Origin: Parachlamydiales bacterium
GTDB taxonomy: Bacteria; Chlamydiota; Chlamydiia; Chlamydiales; Parachlamydiaceae
Length of the DNA stretch: 36,583 nucleotides
Reading direction: 5' to 3'
Assembly: GCA_020051075.1 (NCBI GenBank)
Contig: JAGVJP010000064.1
Span: 1-36,583, forward strand
Positions 26,938 to 36,583 of the stretch are shown here, one piece after another; the stretch's first letter is position 1; the number at the start of each line of letters is the position of its first letter. The notes under the pieces are model-generated. The model was given only the letters and a program-made list of their open reading frames with translations, ran no database searches and was not told where the DNA came from. A program made the position numbers and the translations under genes.

Positions 26938-28263
26938 TTAAATGACAAAAGGGATAATTTTGTAAGGAACTTTTTGACAGTAAAGGGTCCAGTCAGAGCC
27001 ATATTTTTTTGCGCAGCGGCGGTCGTCACGGTACGCTCGTTCAATCAGGAGAATAGTTAGAAATACAACATAAAAATAAGGGAGGAAGTTGCTGAAGAGG
27101 GCTGGGAGGCTCCAACAGAAAGCCCCTAAGATTTCAGGGACATAATGAAAATGGCGCGCAAAGCCCCACCATCCGGATGTGAGAAGGATATTTTGCTTAT
27201 GTTCCCCTAATGTGGTTGTATAACGGGCGATCGTGATATCAGGGATTTTACCCCAGATTAAGCATCGGCCCTCCGTTTCTCTAACGCGCTGGCGCTGCCG
27301 ATCGGCCCAAAAATTAATGAGAATAAAGGCTGTGCCTACCACGAAAATTGTTGTTGCCCAAAATAGGCCGAGTGTATCGGGGTGGTTGACGAGGTAGAAG
27401 GTCGGTGAAGTATAAATCCCTGGAACCCAGACGAGACAGCCCCAGCAGATATAAAATCCCGCGCGATCATGCATGATGTCTAATGAGCGCAGATAGCCTG
27501 ATTCCCAGAAAAAGAATTTTGTGATGTAGATGAGTTGGAGTGCTACAGAGACGATCATTGAATCTGTCAGGCCATGGAGCTGTTGTTGTTTTGCTGCCAA
27601 AGAGAGAAGGATTAAAGGCCAGCTCATCAATCCAAAACGGCAATTTGTAAACAGTTTGACATCCCATCCAAAGATTCGAGGGTAGAGTTCAGTTCCCCAA
27701 TAGTAATCAAAAATGAAGTTTCCGGAGCTGCCTGAGTCGGTGCTTGAAGGGGCCCACAACCCCTTGAAAAGAAGAAAAACGCAGAACAACAAGCTGAACA
27801 GGCTGAGTGCGCCGATTAATGCGGGGAAATGATCATAAATGATCGTTGGAGAAAACAAGTGGAATTGATAGGCGCAAAGGTAAAAAGCTGCTAACGTTAT
27901 TCCATAAGCTAGAGGACCATTTGCGCGATATACAGGGACGTTGCCTGCTGGTGTGATCGGGCCATAGAAAGTCTTTCCTGGAAGGTATCTAATCAGGAGC
28001 AGCTGGAAAATAGAGAAGCAGGCGAGCATCTTCCAAGCAGCAGCAGAACCAAAAAAGTAGGGAGACCAAACATCTCGTATGAGCTTGAAGAGGCCTTCCT
28101 CGTGAATCAGTCCCCCGAGTTTAAGAAATGAGCCATCTAACGCAACATTGGTATACCAGAACAAGAAGACGGCAGGGGGGCAGGCGAGGATTAAAAATAA
28201 TGGGGCTATGGTTTGACGTGCCCATTGAGAGGTGTTTTTCCAGTGGCGAATGAATTTTTCCAT
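26938..28263 (-). CDS. Sterol delta-7 reductase (7-dehydrocholesterol reductase, ERG4/ERG24 family)
   Basis: DYYWGTELYPR, FTNCRFG, LDIMHDRAGFYICWGCLVWVP, SGWWG..RHFHY, RDDRRC..KYG..W..YC.KVPY; multi-TM. Confidence 0.92.
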   Translation of the reverse strand: MEKFIRHWKNTSQWARQTIAPLFLILACPPAVFLFWYTNVALDGSFLKLGGLIHEEGLFKLIRDVWSPYFFGSAAAWKMLACFSIFQLLLIRYLPGKTFYGPITPAGNVPVYRANGPLAYGITLAAFYLCAYQFHLFSPTIIYDHFPALIGALSLFSLLFCVFLLFKGLWAPSSTDSGSSGNFIFDYYWGTELYPRIFGWDVKLFTNCRFGLMSWPLILLSLAAKQQQLHGLTDSMIVSVALQLIYITKFFFWESGYLRSLDIMHDRAGFYICWGCLVWVPGIYTSPTFYLVNHPDTLGLFWATTIFVVGTAFILINFWADRQRQRVRETEGRCLIWGKIPDITIARYTTTLGEHKQNILLTSGWWGFARHFHYVPEILGAFCWSLPALFSNFLPYFYVVFLTILLIERAYRDDRRCAKKYGSDWTLYCQKVPYKIIPFVI

Positions 28264-28422
28264 TTTTTTATTGAGGCTGTTTGGTGTAAAAATAGGGGTT
28301 TTTTAGTTTCCACCTTTTTTAAATTATCAGCGGATTATCTACAACAGAGAATTTTTAATGTTTTACTGGAATTAATCTCTGACTTCGGTTATCGGTAAAA
28401 GATACAGAATTAGGAGGAGTTC

Positions 28423-30087
28423 ATGAACATCAGTCCTTTAGCTGGGACGGCTGCTGCCAAATCCAAACTTGTCAATATTCCCCAACTCATCACAGCTTAT
28501 TATACCGAAATCCCAGATCCTGCTATATCCGAACAGAGGGTCTCTTTTGGAACATCAGGCCATCGGGGCTCTTCGCTGACTAAAGGCTTCAATGAATGGC
28601 ATATCCTCGCCATCACGCAGGCGATCTGTCTCTATCGGGCGAAAGAAAATATCGACGGCCCACTCTTTCTAGGTGTCGATACGCATGCGTTGTCTTCGCC
28701 GGCGTTAGCCAGTGCATTAGAAGTCCTTGCTGCAAACAACGTTGATGTGATGTTAGCTGAAAATGATGAATTCACTCCAACACCGGTGATTTCACATGCG
28801 ATTTTGACATATAACCGCGATAGAAAAAATCACTTCGCTGATGGCATTGTCATCACTCCTTCTCATAATCCTCCTCATGAAGGGGGCTTTAAGTACAACC
28901 CTCCCAATGGAGGGCCTGCCGACCAGAATATTACAAAGCAGATCGAAGAGGCGGCCAATGCTTTCCTGAAGAATAAACTCGTTGGCGTCAAACGAATGAA
29001 TTACGATCAAGCGTTGAAGGCGTCTACAACGCACCGGCATCAATACCTGCAGTCATATGTAAGCGATCTTGTCAATGTGATCGACATGGATGTGATTCGT
29101 CGATCGCAGATCAAGCTGGGAGTAGATCCATTAGGAGGGGCTGGAGTGCATTATTGGAAGGTGATTGCCGACCATTATGGACTCAACCTGACTGTTGTCA
29201 ACGATGTTGTCGATCCAACGTTCAGTTTCATGACGTTAGATTGGGATGGGAAGATTCGGATGGATCCCTCGTCTTCGTACGCGATGCAGAGACTCATTCG
29301 GATGAAAGATAATTTCGAAATCGCTTTCGCGTGTGATACAGACCACGATAGGCACGGCATCGTCACCAGGAGTTCCGGTTTGCTCCCATCCAACCACTAT
29401 CTGTCAGTGGCTATTTACTATCTTTTTCAAAATCGCCCTCAGTGGTCTGAAAAGGCTGCTGTAGGAAAGACAGTGGTGAGCAGCCAGATGATCGACCGCG
29501 TCGCTGCACAATTGAACCGCGCTGTCTATGAGGTTCCTGTGGGCTTTAAGTGGTTTGTTGATGGCCTATACACAGGGGATTTAGGTTTTGCTGGAGAGGA
29601 AAGCGCTGGTGCATCGTTTTTACGGATGGATGGCGCGGTCTGGACGACTGATAAGGATGGAATCATCCCCGCTTTGTTAGCTGCTGAGATGACAGCTCGG
29701 CTTGGGCGGGATCCAGGAGAGGTCTATCAAGAGCTGACTCATCAATTTGGCTCTCCAGCTTATGATCGTTTAGAAGCAGCTGTTAATCCTGAACAAAAAG
29801 AACGGATTAAAAACATCACTTCTGATCAGATTCACCGCAAAGAGTTAGCTGGGGAAAAGATCCAAAAGATCTTAACGAAAGCCCCTGGAAATGGAGCTTC
29901 GATTGGCGGTGTCAAAGTGATTGCTGAAAATGGATGGTTTGCCATACGTCCTTCAGGGACTGAAGACATCTACAAAATATATGTTGAGAGTTTTAAAGGT
30001 GCTGAGCATTTAAAACGGATTGCTGACGAAGCTCAAGCCACCGTAAATGAAGTGTTAATGGAGGATTTATGCCAGAAAAACCGTTGA
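28423..30087 (+). CDS. pgm: Phosphoglucomutase, alpha-D-glucose-phosphate-specific
   Basis: FGTSGHRG, ITPSHNPP, DTDHDR, GEESAG, RPSGTE; AGGAGGAG RBS. Confidence 0.95.
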   Translation: MNISPLAGTAAAKSKLVNIPQLITAYYTEIPDPAISEQRVSFGTSGHRGSSLTKGFNEWHILAITQAICLYRAKENIDGPLFLGVDTHALSSPALASALEVLAANNVDVMLAENDEFTPTPVISHAILTYNRDRKNHFADGIVITPSHNPPHEGGFKYNPPNGGPADQNITKQIEEAANAFLKNKLVGVKRMNYDQALKASTTHRHQYLQSYVSDLVNVIDMDVIRRSQIKLGVDPLGGAGVHYWKVIADHYGLNLTVVNDVVDPTFSFMTLDWDGKIRMDPSSSYAMQRLIRMKDNFEIAFACDTDHDRHGIVTRSSGLLPSNHYLSVAIYYLFQNRPQWSEKAAVGKTVVSSQMIDRVAAQLNRAVYEVPVGFKWFVDGLYTGDLGFAGEESAGASFLRMDGAVWTTDKDGIIPALLAAEMTARLGRDPGEVYQELTHQFGSPAYDRLEAAVNPEQKERIKNITSDQIHRKELAGEKIQKILTKAPGNGASIGGVKVIAENGWFAIRPSGTEDIYKIYVESFKGAEHLKRIADEAQATVNEVLMEDLCQKNR

Positions 30088-32615
30088 AGAATGGAGAATT
30101 CTACCCTATCCTCCCTTTTGACATCCCTGGAGCTGAAGGCCTTCTCGAATTGGCGATTGACCTTCGTTGGTCATGGCACCATGGAGGGGACGTCCTTTGG
30201 CGTCAGTTAGATGAGAAGTTATGGGAAAGCACTCATAATGCTTGGGTCTTGTTGAAAACTGCATCGAGAGAGAAGTTAAAAATCCTCCTTAAAGACCCTG
30301 CCTTCACAAACAAAATTGAAGAACTTCTGAAAAAAAAGCGGGAGAGAGATAAATGTTCAACATGGTTTCAAGAGAACCATCCAACAACCCCGTTGAAATC
30401 CATCGCTTATTTCTGTATGGAGTATATGCTTAGTGAAGCGCTCCCTATCTATTCTGGAGGGCTTGGTAATGTTGCGGGAGACCAGTTGAAAGCCGCGAGC
30501 GACTTAGGCGTCCCTGTCCATGCAATCGGCCTTCTCTATCAACAAGGCTATTTCCGCCAGGTGATTGATAAAGAAGGGAATCAACAAGCCCTCTACCCCT
30601 TTAATGATCCTGGGCAGCTTCCCATCACACCGGTGCGCAACGCAAATGGGGAATGGCTGCGCCTTGAAGTCCCACTCCCTGGAGGGATAATCTGGTTAAA
30701 AGCTTGGGAAGTCACGATTGGACCTCTACGCCTATTTTTGTTAGACACCAACGATGCTGCAAATTCTCCTATCCATCGAGGGATCACTAGCGAGCTATAC
30801 GGAGGCGGGAGTGAGCTTCGGCTTAAACAAGAAATGGTCCTTGGGATAGGGGGATGGCGCCTCCTCGAAGCCATGAATATCCGTCCAGATGTCTGCCATC
30901 TTAACGAGGGACATGCCGCTTTTGCCGTTCTTGAACGAGCCCGTTCATTCATGCAAGCAGAGGGCTGCTCTTTTTTTGAAGCTTTGTCCGTGACAAGAGT
31001 TGGCAATCTATTTACCACACACACTGCCGTACCAGCAGGCTTCGATAGATTTTCATCAAGTTTGATGGATCAATATTTAGGGAAATATGCCGAAAATGAG
31101 TTGGGGATCTCTTTCCAAAAATTGATGGCTTTAGGCAGGGAAAATCCTGACAACGTTGAAGAACCCTTCAATATGGCTTACCTTGCTATTCGGGGAAGCG
31201 GAGCCGTCAACGGGGTGAGCAGGCTGCATGGCCGCGTGAGCCGCCATCTGTTCCAATCGCTCTTCCAGAATTGGCCTGTAGATGAAGTTCCCATCGACTA
31301 TGTCACTAATGGAATTCATACGGCGAGTTGGGATTCCTTGCAGTCAGATCAGCTATGGGCAACAGCTTGCGGTGAATCCCGTTGGCTTGGTCCAACTGAA
31401 GATCTTCCAAAACACATTGAATCCGTTCCAGAGGCTAAGCTATGGCAGATGCGCAACGCCTCCCGAAAAAATCTCGTCCATTTCGTTCGTAAAAGGGTCT
31501 CTTTTCAATGGGCTGCTGCAGGTTATTCTTCAGAAGACATTGAATTTGCAAAAAACATGTTCGATCCAAGTATATTAACGATAGGTTTTGCAAGACGCTT
31601 TGCAACATATAAGAGACCCAACATGTTATTGCATGACCCTGAGAGGTTGATCAGGATTCTCAGTCAAGCGCAATGTCCGGTTCAGCTCATCCTATCAGGG
31701 AAAGCCCACCCGGCTGATGAACCAGGCAAGGCCCTGATTCGTCAATGGTCGGATTTTATTCGCCGTCCAGAAGTGCGTTCGCATGTCGTTTTCCTGAGCG
31801 ATTATGACATGCACCTCACTGAACAGATGGTTCAAGGAGTCGACGTTTGGCTCAATACCCCTCGCAGGCCATGGGAGGCGTGTGGAACAAGCGGAATGAA
31901 AGTTTTAGTTAATGGTGGAATCAATGTCTCCGAAATCGATGGATGGTGGGAAGAGGCCTATTCATCAGACGTCGGCTGGGCACTCGGCGACTGCCTTGAC
32001 CATGGAGTCGATCTCGCTTGGGATGCTACCGAAGCGGGGGTATTATATGATTTGCTTGAAAAGGAGATCATCCCATCTTTCTATCGCCGCGACGCGGAAG
32101 GAATTCCGACTGACTGGGTCAAAAAGATGCGGACCAGTATGGCGATGCTGACCCCCCACTACTCTGCCAATCGGGCCGTCCGCGAATATACTGAAAAATA
32201 CTACCTCCCATTGGCTGCATCCTATCAGAAACGAGCTGCGAATAAAGGAGCAATAGGAAAAAAACTTTATGAGTGGAAGCAAAATCTTCAAAAGAAGTGG
32301 CAGGTGATCCGTTTTGAAGATGTCAAAGCAGAAGCAAAAGAAGGGGAGCTCCATTTTGAAGTGCGCCTTTACTTGGACGAAATAGATCCTGATGGCGTGC
32401 AGCTAGAGTTATTTGCTGCAGGAACAGCAGATGAACCATTTATCCGAAGGAAGTTTGAGCGGATTCGACCTTTAGAGGGGAGTAATGCGAGTTATCTGTA
32501 TCGCTGCTCCGTTATTTCTGATCGGCCAATCGGAGACTTCACCCCTCGAGTGATTCCATGTGCAGAAGGTGCTGCTGTTCCTTTAGAAGCTTCCCAAATT
32601 CTTTGGATGAAGTGA
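30069..32615 (+). CDS. glgP: Alpha-glucan (glycogen) phosphorylase
   Basis: YSGGLG, HLNEGH, FARRFATYKR, EACGTSGMK PLP site. Confidence 0.95.
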   Translation: MPEKPLKNGEFYPILPFDIPGAEGLLELAIDLRWSWHHGGDVLWRQLDEKLWESTHNAWVLLKTASREKLKILLKDPAFTNKIEELLKKKRERDKCSTWFQENHPTTPLKSIAYFCMEYMLSEALPIYSGGLGNVAGDQLKAASDLGVPVHAIGLLYQQGYFRQVIDKEGNQQALYPFNDPGQLPITPVRNANGEWLRLEVPLPGGIIWLKAWEVTIGPLRLFLLDTNDAANSPIHRGITSELYGGGSELRLKQEMVLGIGGWRLLEAMNIRPDVCHLNEGHAAFAVLERARSFMQAEGCSFFEALSVTRVGNLFTTHTAVPAGFDRFSSSLMDQYLGKYAENELGISFQKLMALGRENPDNVEEPFNMAYLAIRGSGAVNGVSRLHGRVSRHLFQSLFQNWPVDEVPIDYVTNGIHTASWDSLQSDQLWATACGESRWLGPTEDLPKHIESVPEAKLWQMRNASRKNLVHFVRKRVSFQWAAAGYSSEDIEFAKNMFDPSILTIGFARRFATYKRPNMLLHDPERLIRILSQAQCPVQLILSGKAHPADEPGKALIRQWSDFIRRPEVRSHVVFLSDYDMHLTEQMVQGVDVWLNTPRRPWEACGTSGMKVLVNGGINVSEIDGWWEEAYSSDVGWALGDCLDHGVDLAWDATEAGVLYDLLEKEIIPSFYRRDAEGIPTDWVKKMRTSMAMLTPHYSANRAVREYTEKYYLPLAASYQKRAANKGAIGKKLYEWKQNLQKKWQVIRFEDVKAEAKEGELHFEVRLYLDEIDPDGVQLELFAAGTADEPFIRRKFERIRPLEGSNASYLYRCSVISDRPIGDFTPRVIPCAEGAAVPLEASQILWMK

Positions 32616-32621
32616 TCAGAT

Positions 32622-32785
32622 TAGAAACACAGAGGCACAGAGGTCACGGAGAGAAACCCGACGCGTAGATTTAGCCATGAGTATGCATTTTAATAGCAGT
32701 TCCAATATTGGCCTGCGTTAATTGATTGTTCTCATACTTACTCTCTGTGTTCTCTGTGCCTCCGTGGTTTAAAAAAAATGTGGGA
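32622..32785. repeat. CACAGAG-family palindromic element between convergent genes
   Basis: AAACACAGAGGCACAGAGGTCACGGAGAG ... CTCTCTGTGTTCTCTGTGCCTCCGTGGTTT followed by ATGTGGG as at 26702. Confidence 0.85.
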
Positions 32786-32796
32786 ACAAATATGGT

Positions 32797-35700
32797 TTAA
32801 GACTGGCTCAATCTTTTGAATAGGTCTAATCCAGCTTTTGCTCTTTCTTCGGCCGAGGTTAGGGTGTGTTGAAGTTTGCTGTACACTTCTCCCACCAGAG
32901 TCCAATCCTCCCCTCTTTTCCCGCTTGGAGCTGAGATGTGTTGATTGAGGAAAGCGAGCTGCTTCAAAGTCAGGCTCATGATATTTCCCTTATGCTTGGG
33001 TTGATAAAGGGCACTATACCGGGTATAGTTATGGACATGGTCGGATTCGAATAAATAGTCTCTGATCGGCGGCGTCAGATTGTAAAATTCCAATTGCTCA
33101 CACCAATCCATTAAGTTATGAGTTAAAGTCGAGCGAGGTTGCGTTGTGAGATCTAACGTTTTACGCTGAGCGGTTTTAGCTATGCAGAGGCTTTCTGTAG
33201 CCAGGGGAATATGAGTTGTTAACATCTTGTAGTAGCCACGGACATTTCCGCCGCCCAACCCTCTTTCTGCCCGGGCGCGTGTTTGTTCAAGATTCCGTCG
33301 TGAATCAAAGAGATGCAGCATCGGGTTGGTGAAGTCAGGTTCCATGGGGTCGGCTGGGATTTTTGGGAGACTCGCGAGGGCTTGATTAATGGCAGTGACA
33401 AGCGGATTCAAACTTTCTGATGTCTTAGGTATTCCAGAAGAAGACATTAAGTTGTCAAGACTGTCGATGGAAACGTCATCAAGTCCTGGGATAAGATGTT
33501 TCAAAGCAGAAAATGTCTTTCTTAATAGAGAAGATGTGTTCTGCATGACAGCAATACATAGCTCTTCAGTCCCTTTAAGGCGAAGCTGTTCAGCCTGGTA
33601 GAGCAATTCAGCACCGTTTGATTGCCTTCTAGGTGAAGTGTAGAGAGAACGGGAAAGAATTTCGAGGTTATTCAAATCTTGAACAAGAGCGGCAAATCCA
33701 GGGATATCTGTTAACCCGCTTCCTGCAAGTATGAATTCACTGTCATGGCGGAGGATCTGCCACCTTTGATAAGCTGTTTGAGGATTTTTTCTTTCAAGAA
33801 GATGAGCCGATACCATCTGTTCAATGAGTAAACTCATGAGGATCACAGCTTGAGTACAGTGTTGAGACACTTGTTTATGGTCGGATAAGATTGGACGGTC
33901 AGCTAATTCGGCCATTAGATCTTTGTAAGATTCCAAAGCACTTTGCCAAGATTGTTCAGCGAGGGGATTGTTCATCCTCTTGCGGGTGAAGCTTTCAAGG
34001 ATGCTATTCATCATTCTTCCAATTGGGCCGATTTCTTCCAGCCCTGTTGTTGGTTCGATTTGAATAGAAGAAGAGGAAGAGGAAGAGGAAGAAGAAGATG
34101 ATGATGATGATGAAGCAGCTGTTGACCGAGAGGCTAATGAACTTGTAAGAGGAAGGGATGAAGGGTGTTGATTTCTGTTTCTGGAGCGTCTAGGCGAAGA
34201 TGTGGATGGTTTTGATGATGATGTTGCTTCCTGCTTTCCCCGTCGTCGACCTTTTGAGCGTTGTTCTTCTTCAATGAGTTGTTGTTGCAGCAAGAACCTA
34301 CGTCGCTGCTCTTCTTGAAGAGCTTGTGCAGCAACATTCTTTTTGTCTTCTTCTGCTGTGGTTTTCATTTTCAGTTTGACACACACCTGTTGAAGAATGT
34401 TTGCTTGACCCTTAATCGCTTTTATATGGTTGTTGAGGGACTCGAGATGATCAGAAAATTGATCAAAAAGAGTGATTAAAGGCTTTAAGAGTTCCATCAG
34501 TTCTGGATAGTCTTGTTCAAAGGCCGCGATTTGCTGTTGTTGTAACTGAAAATATCTTTCTGATCCTACTGTGGTCAAGAGCTTATTATGAGTTTCAATG
34601 AATTCTGAAATATATTCAGAAGGCACAAAGTATTCTCCTTGAGCCCATAGCCAAAGAGGGAATGAGATCATGGTGAAGAGCAGGTTATTGGATATCACTA
34701 ACATTTTTTCACTTTGAGTTTATAAATGACAGATGCCCTCATATAACTTTTCGTATTCCTCCCCTCGGTTCTGCATGAGTTCAATGATCTCTTGGTTTAA
34801 ATTTGTCTCGAATAAGCGCTTGCCACGAGTTTTTGAGAACATTTCAAGATATGGAAGGATATCGACAGCATAAATCGCCTCTAAATCTGAGACTCTTTGA
34901 ATGGGCTCGTCAATACAAGCGAAGATCATGTCGGGATCAAAGGGGGGAAGAGGGGATAATATCATCGATTTTTCAATAGCAGAGACCAACTCTTTGGAGA
35001 AGTTAGAGTCGTATAGAGAGAACGCCGATGTTTGATTAGTTTGTAGAAAGGCCAGGAGCTCCAGCTCGAGGGGATCGTCGAACCCTCTGGAATTTAAAAA
35101 ATTAGCTAGGCACTCTTTTGTAAAAATGGAATTTTTAATCTGGGCTTTGAATTCCGTCATGAATGTGCGGTATTGTTCTTTACATTGTTCATAGATAGAG
35201 GGTTCAAACATCCACTTCAGCATTTTTCCATAATCGTTGAGCATTGCTGGTAATAGACAAGCATGTAATCGAGCTTCACTTTGGGTATCCTGAATTCGGC
35301 TTGCGTCTTTTCTTGAAGTGAGGAATTCGATGTCATAATTCTGAAAAGAAAGGCTCCAAGCATTCTCTTGCGTTTGAGAAAGTTTGATCAAAGGTTGATC
35401 GCCTAAGAGTTGCTCCAAATAGCTTTTGATTTCAATAAATAGGGAAGTCAATTCGACATTTCCAATAGACCGAAAGTGATCAATGATACAATCAAGAGCA
35501 GTCAAGTCATTTCTATGAAAGACTTTTTCACGAGAAGATTTAATCAAAAAACATAATTGTTTGTAAAAAAGAAAGTGGGTTTGATCTCTTTCGTTTAATT
35601 CAAGATTTGTGTTTTGGTTCATTGCTTGAATCGCACCAAAAACAACAAAACTTGCTAAACTCATCGAATTATATTTTTTGGGTAGTGCTTGAGTTTTTCT

Positions 35701-36105
35701 GACTAATGTTTGGGGGAGATCAAATATCCCAGTGGCTTGGAACATGTTTGGCACACCAGGAGGCGTCAAAATCGCTTGTCCACCTAACATGTGCGGAGTC
35801 ATAGATTCTTTTTTCATGAAGTAATCTTGTGCTGAAATCAGCTTTCCCTTTCCTCGTTTATTTATAGTCCGTCTAGAACGACCTGAGGTTATCGAAGGGG
35901 GGGTCAGAGAAATGACGCCTTCGGAAGTTTCTTCGATAGAAGCACCTGGGCACAGCGCTTGAAGTTGGGCTATTATTTGTGCTTTCTCATCAGCGGTAGA
36001 AGATGGTGTTGAAGAGGAAGATGATGAGGATGAGGCAGAGGAAGAGTCAGACCATCTGGATTGATTTGGAAAACCAGAGGCAGAATCTGTTGGGGGAGTA
36101 GACAT
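32797..36105 (-). pseudogene. Ser-rich effector-like gene of 1103 codons interrupted by one in-frame TAA (listed ORFs 34720..36105 and 32797..34704)
   Basis: Same frame, reading ...ICHL*TQSEKMLVIS...; no RBS before the second ATG; Ser tracts in both halves. Confidence 0.7.
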
Positions 36106-36160
36106 TGGTCATTCCTTTTGTTTTGATTACGACTATTTTATTTGTTTGTAAAAAACAGAG

Positions 36161-36189
36161 ATTTTAATGAATTTCTTTTTGCTTGTCAA
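36161..36189 (-). promoter_or_regulatory. Sigma66/sigma70-type promoter
   Basis: TTGACA-17 nt-TAAAAT upstream of ATG 36105, with AAGGAA RBS. Confidence 0.7.
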
Positions 36190-36260
36190 TCCATGTCTTT
36201 GTAAAACATAGTTTGTGATAATTTAATATTGAAATAATTTTTGTTCATTTTTAACTATTC

Positions 36261-36293
36261 ACGTTTCTCCCTTTTTTTAACGCAAAGACGCAA
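36261..36293 (-). repeat. Shared terminal motif plus CGCAAAG repeats
   Basis: ACGTTTCTCCCTTTTTTTAACGCAAAGACGCAA, reverse complement of the element end at 9461-9484. Confidence 0.7.
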
Positions 36294-36429
36294 GATGTGA
36301 GAGAATGCAAACATTTGGACTTTGCATAAGTCGTGCACTAGGGAAAGGACAAGGGACCTCAAGAGGTAATTGCAGAAGTCGAACTTGAATCAGTTCGGTG
36401 AGCTATCGCGAACAACAGACTATTATTCT

Positions 36430-36583
36430 CTCACAGGTTCTTGCCAAAATAGTTCTTTGCAAAAGCGGAAGAGGACTTCCGCACTCCAAACGCTTCGCGT
36501 ATTCAAGACGATTTGTTGGATACGCGAAGCGTTTGGAGTGCGAAAGCCCCCTTTCGCTTTTCCGCCAAAGGATGTTGATCAGA
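36430..36583. mobile_element. REP-doublet (REPIN-like) hairpin element, truncated at window edge
   Basis: Perfect 23-bp IR CGCACTCCAAACGCTTCGCGTAT (36480-502/36520-542) flanked by AAAAGCGGAAG.../...CTTTCGCTTTT; flanks match 16514-16592. Confidence 0.75.

Noticed and set aside
26702..27060. ORFs 26702..26926, 26704..27060 and 26802..27044
   Set aside because: They read through repeat arms and antisense to the reductase; no RBS or family signal.

Overview
This is a chromosomal segment of an environmental chlamydia (Parachlamydiales-like). It carries the chlamydia-type cluster dnaA - TPR (CT274-like) - CT273-like - rsmH - ftsL - ftsI - murE - amiA, plus corA, priA, mutS, tRNA-Arg(CCT), a vapBC-type pair, an orphan higA, a eukaryote-like sterol delta-7 reductase, pgm-glgP and several orphan secreted or effector-like genes. 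Nearly every long intergenic space holds transposase-free palindromic elements built from four kinds of 8-10 nt periodic repeat (CAGGATA, CACAGAG, CGCAAAG, ATGGAC). These share terminal motifs, nest inside each other and sit at rearrangement junctions. Other highlights: a ~1100-codon Ser-rich effector-like gene split by one in-frame TAA, with two HEPN-like repeats at its C-terminus; an unannotated 38-aa small protein with a structured 5' leader; a tandem duplication with a resolvable breakpoint; a PseC-like aminotransferase with Arg at the catalytic Lys; and a VapC with Asn at the conserved Asp98. All calls come from reading motifs by eye; no searches were run.
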